From: an uncultured delta proteobacterium
Lineage (GTDB): Bacteria > Desulfobacterota > Desulfobacteria > Desulfobacterales > Desulfosalsimonadaceae
DNA length: 64,000 bases
Direction of reading: 5' to 3'
Assembly (NCBI GenBank): GCA_963826785.1
Contig: CAWGYD010000004.1
Location: forward strand, 224,001 to 288,000
In this document: positions 62,312 through 64,000 of the stretch, one piece after another
Layout: each line of letters opens with the position of its first letter
Position numbering within the stretch: the first letter of the stretch is position 1
Program-made: the position numbers and the translations under genes
Notes under the pieces: model-generated
What the model saw: only the letters and a program-made list of their open reading frames with translations
What the model was told of the DNA's origin: nothing
Database searches by the model: none

Positions 62312-63214
62312 ATGATGCAGAAGAGCAAATCCGACGCAAAAGACAGTGCACCGGCGAAAAAAGGCAGACGCAGCGGACTGGGCAAGGGGCTGGACGCCCT
62401 GTTCCCCGATATCGGCATCACCCATGAAACCCCCCGGGGGCAGTTGTTTGAATGTGATATCGACGAGATCCGCCCCAATCCCTATCAGCCCCGGCACAAT
62501 TTTTCGGAAGCCGAAATGGGGGAACTGGCTGAATCCGTAAAATCCCAGGGTATCCTGCAGCCGCTGCTGGTGAGAAAAGCCAACGATGGATATGAGCTGA
62601 TCGCCGGTGAACGGCGATTGCGCGCCGCCCGCATGGCCGGCCTGTTCAAGGTGCCGGTTATCGTCAAGGACATCAAGAACACCGAACTGCTGGAAGTGTC
62701 CATCATCGAGAACATCCAGCGGGAAAATTTAAACCCCATGGAAGAGGCCGAGGCCTACCTGCGGCTTTCCGGCGAGTTCAATCTGACCCAGGAAGAGATC
62801 GCAAAACGGGTGGGAAAGAGCCGGTCCGCGGTGGCCAATTTTCTGCGGCTCAATCAACTGGCCGATGATATCAAGGTCACCATCCGCAACGGTGCCATCA
62901 GCATGGGACATGCCCGGGCCCTGCTGGGGGCGGACACAGTCCCGCTGCAGAAGAAAGCCTGGCAACTGGTCATCTCCCAGGGGTTGTCGGTTAGAGATAC
63001 GGAAAAGCTCATCTCCCGCTTGAACTCCCAGCAAACCAGTCAAAAGACGGCCCCCCGTCCGGATAACATCTATTACTCCAGCCTGGAGGAGGATCTGGGC
63101 CGGTATTTCGGCACCAAGGTCGCCATCAAGCGGCACGGGAAAAAAGGGAAGCTCGAGATTGAATTTTACACGGATGAAGATCTCGACCGTCTGCTGGGCC
63201 TGTTCAAAGCATAG
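62312..63214 (+). CDS. parB: ParB/Spo0J partition protein
   Basis: LGKGLDAL, NPYQPR, AGERRLRA, ENIQRENLN, HTH KSRSAVAN. Confidence 0.96.
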   Translation: MMQKSKSDAKDSAPAKKGRRSGLGKGLDALFPDIGITHETPRGQLFECDIDEIRPNPYQPRHNFSEAEMGELAESVKSQGILQPLLVRKANDGYELIAGERRLRAARMAGLFKVPVIVKDIKNTELLEVSIIENIQRENLNPMEEAEAYLRLSGEFNLTQEEIAKRVGKSRSAVANFLRLNQLADDIKVTIRNGAISMGHARALLGADTVPLQKKAWQLVISQGLSVRDTEKLISRLNSQQTSQKTAPRPDNIYYSSLEEDLGRYFGTKVAIKRHGKKGKLEIEFYTDEDLDRLLGLFKA

Positions 63215-63220
63215 GCAGGC

Positions 63221-63748
63221 ATGGCCGTTCACATTATCATAGACGGCTACAACCTGATCCGAAGATCTCCGGAGATGTCTTCCCTGGACCGCCAGGCGCT
63301 TGAGCTGGGCCGAGAGGCCCTGGTGGAGCAACTGGCCGTATATAAACGGATCAAGCGGCACAAGATCACCATCGTGTTTGACGGATCCGAACAGTATTCC
63401 TTTTTTGAGACCAAGGGGCAGGAAAAGGGAATCCAGATCCGGTTTTCCCGGCAGGGGGAATCCGCCGATACCCTGATCATGCGGATGGCCGAGATGGAAA
63501 AGCAAAAGGCGCTGGTGGTGAGTTCCGACCATGCGGTCTCCGATTTCTGCGCGTCCCGGGGAGCTGCCGTTATCGGTGCGGACGCCTTTTTGCAGAAAAT
63601 GGAGATGGCCGCCCTGATTGACTTGAAGGGAGGCGCCATCGAAGACGGACCGGAGGAGGGATGGGCTCTCACCACCCGAAAGAAGGGGCCGTCTAAAAGA
63701 CCGTCCAAATCGAAACGAAAAAACTGGAAGAAGCTCCAGAAATTATAA
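63221..63748 (+). CDS. NYN-domain (YacP-like) nuclease
   Basis: IIDGYNL, IVFDG, SAD, VVSSD. Confidence 0.88.
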   Translation: MAVHIIIDGYNLIRRSPEMSSLDRQALELGREALVEQLAVYKRIKRHKITIVFDGSEQYSFFETKGQEKGIQIRFSRQGESADTLIMRMAEMEKQKALVVSSDHAVSDFCASRGAAVIGADAFLQKMEMAALIDLKGGAIEDGPEEGWALTTRKKGPSKRPSKSKRKNWKKLQKL

Positions 63749-63775
63749 CGGTTAAAAGATTGACAAAGCCGGATC

Positions 63776-64000
63776 ATGCTTAAGATTTGTATCATCGACG
63801 GCCAGGGCGGCGGGATCGGGGCTGCCATCATCAAGCGGCTCAAGGAAGTCTTCGAGGAGTCGGTGGAGATTGTCGCGTTGGGGACCAATGCCATTGCCAC
63901 CGCCCAGATGCTCAAAGCCAAGGCCAACCGCGGCGCTTCCGGTGAAAACGCCATTGTGCAGACCGTGGCCCGTATGGACTTGATCATCGGGCCGGTTTCC
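63776..64000 (+). CDS. DUF3842-family protein (runs off the right edge; absent from the ORF track)
   Basis: MLKICIIDGQGGGIG...ALGTNAIATAQMLKAKANRGASGENAI. Confidence 0.85.
   Translation, partial: MLKICIIDGQGGGIGAAIIKRLKEVFEESVEIVALGTNAIATAQMLKAKANRGASGENAIVQTVARMDLIIGPVS

Overview
Gene-dense, GC-rich chromosomal window. Gene content (HdrD/GlpC-like Fe-S protein, multiheme cytochrome, single-cluster ferredoxin, divergent second EF-G, many sigma54/c-di-GMP parts) points to an anaerobic Desulfobacterota (deltaproteobacterium); this is inference. Left to right: glnE 3' end, PilZ, PII, a NifA-like activator and a membrane diguanylate cyclase; RNase D and thrS; an AT-richer islet with a dead RAYT transposase and two toxin-antitoxin pairs; a sigma54-preceded Ig/PKD/PKD-decaheme (OTR-like) cytochrome; a NitT/TauT ABC importer; a TolC-TetR-EmrAB efflux operon facing an amidase; Hsp33 and a nitroreductase; an mprF/dedA/mntH/USP stress block; an ABC exporter, CsgG, cupin, AidB-like dehydrogenase and ferredoxin; MoxR-DUF58-transglutaminase; plsC and fabH-like genes; a probable selenoprotein (in-frame UGA plus SECIS-like hairpin, hidden by a frameshift); GerMN-fusA2, a BepA-like protease, parAB, NYN and DUF3842. 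About seven single-base frameshifts, mostly at G/GG runs, look like sequencing or assembly indels. No rRNA, tRNA or CRISPR array was seen. Best leads: the hidden selenoprotein, the PKD-stalked decaheme cytochrome, a duplicated promoter+RBS+N-terminus shared by a cupin and an orphan 63-aa peptide, the nitrogen/c-di-GMP cluster, and the RAYT/TA islet. All family calls are from motif recognition by eye; no searches were run.
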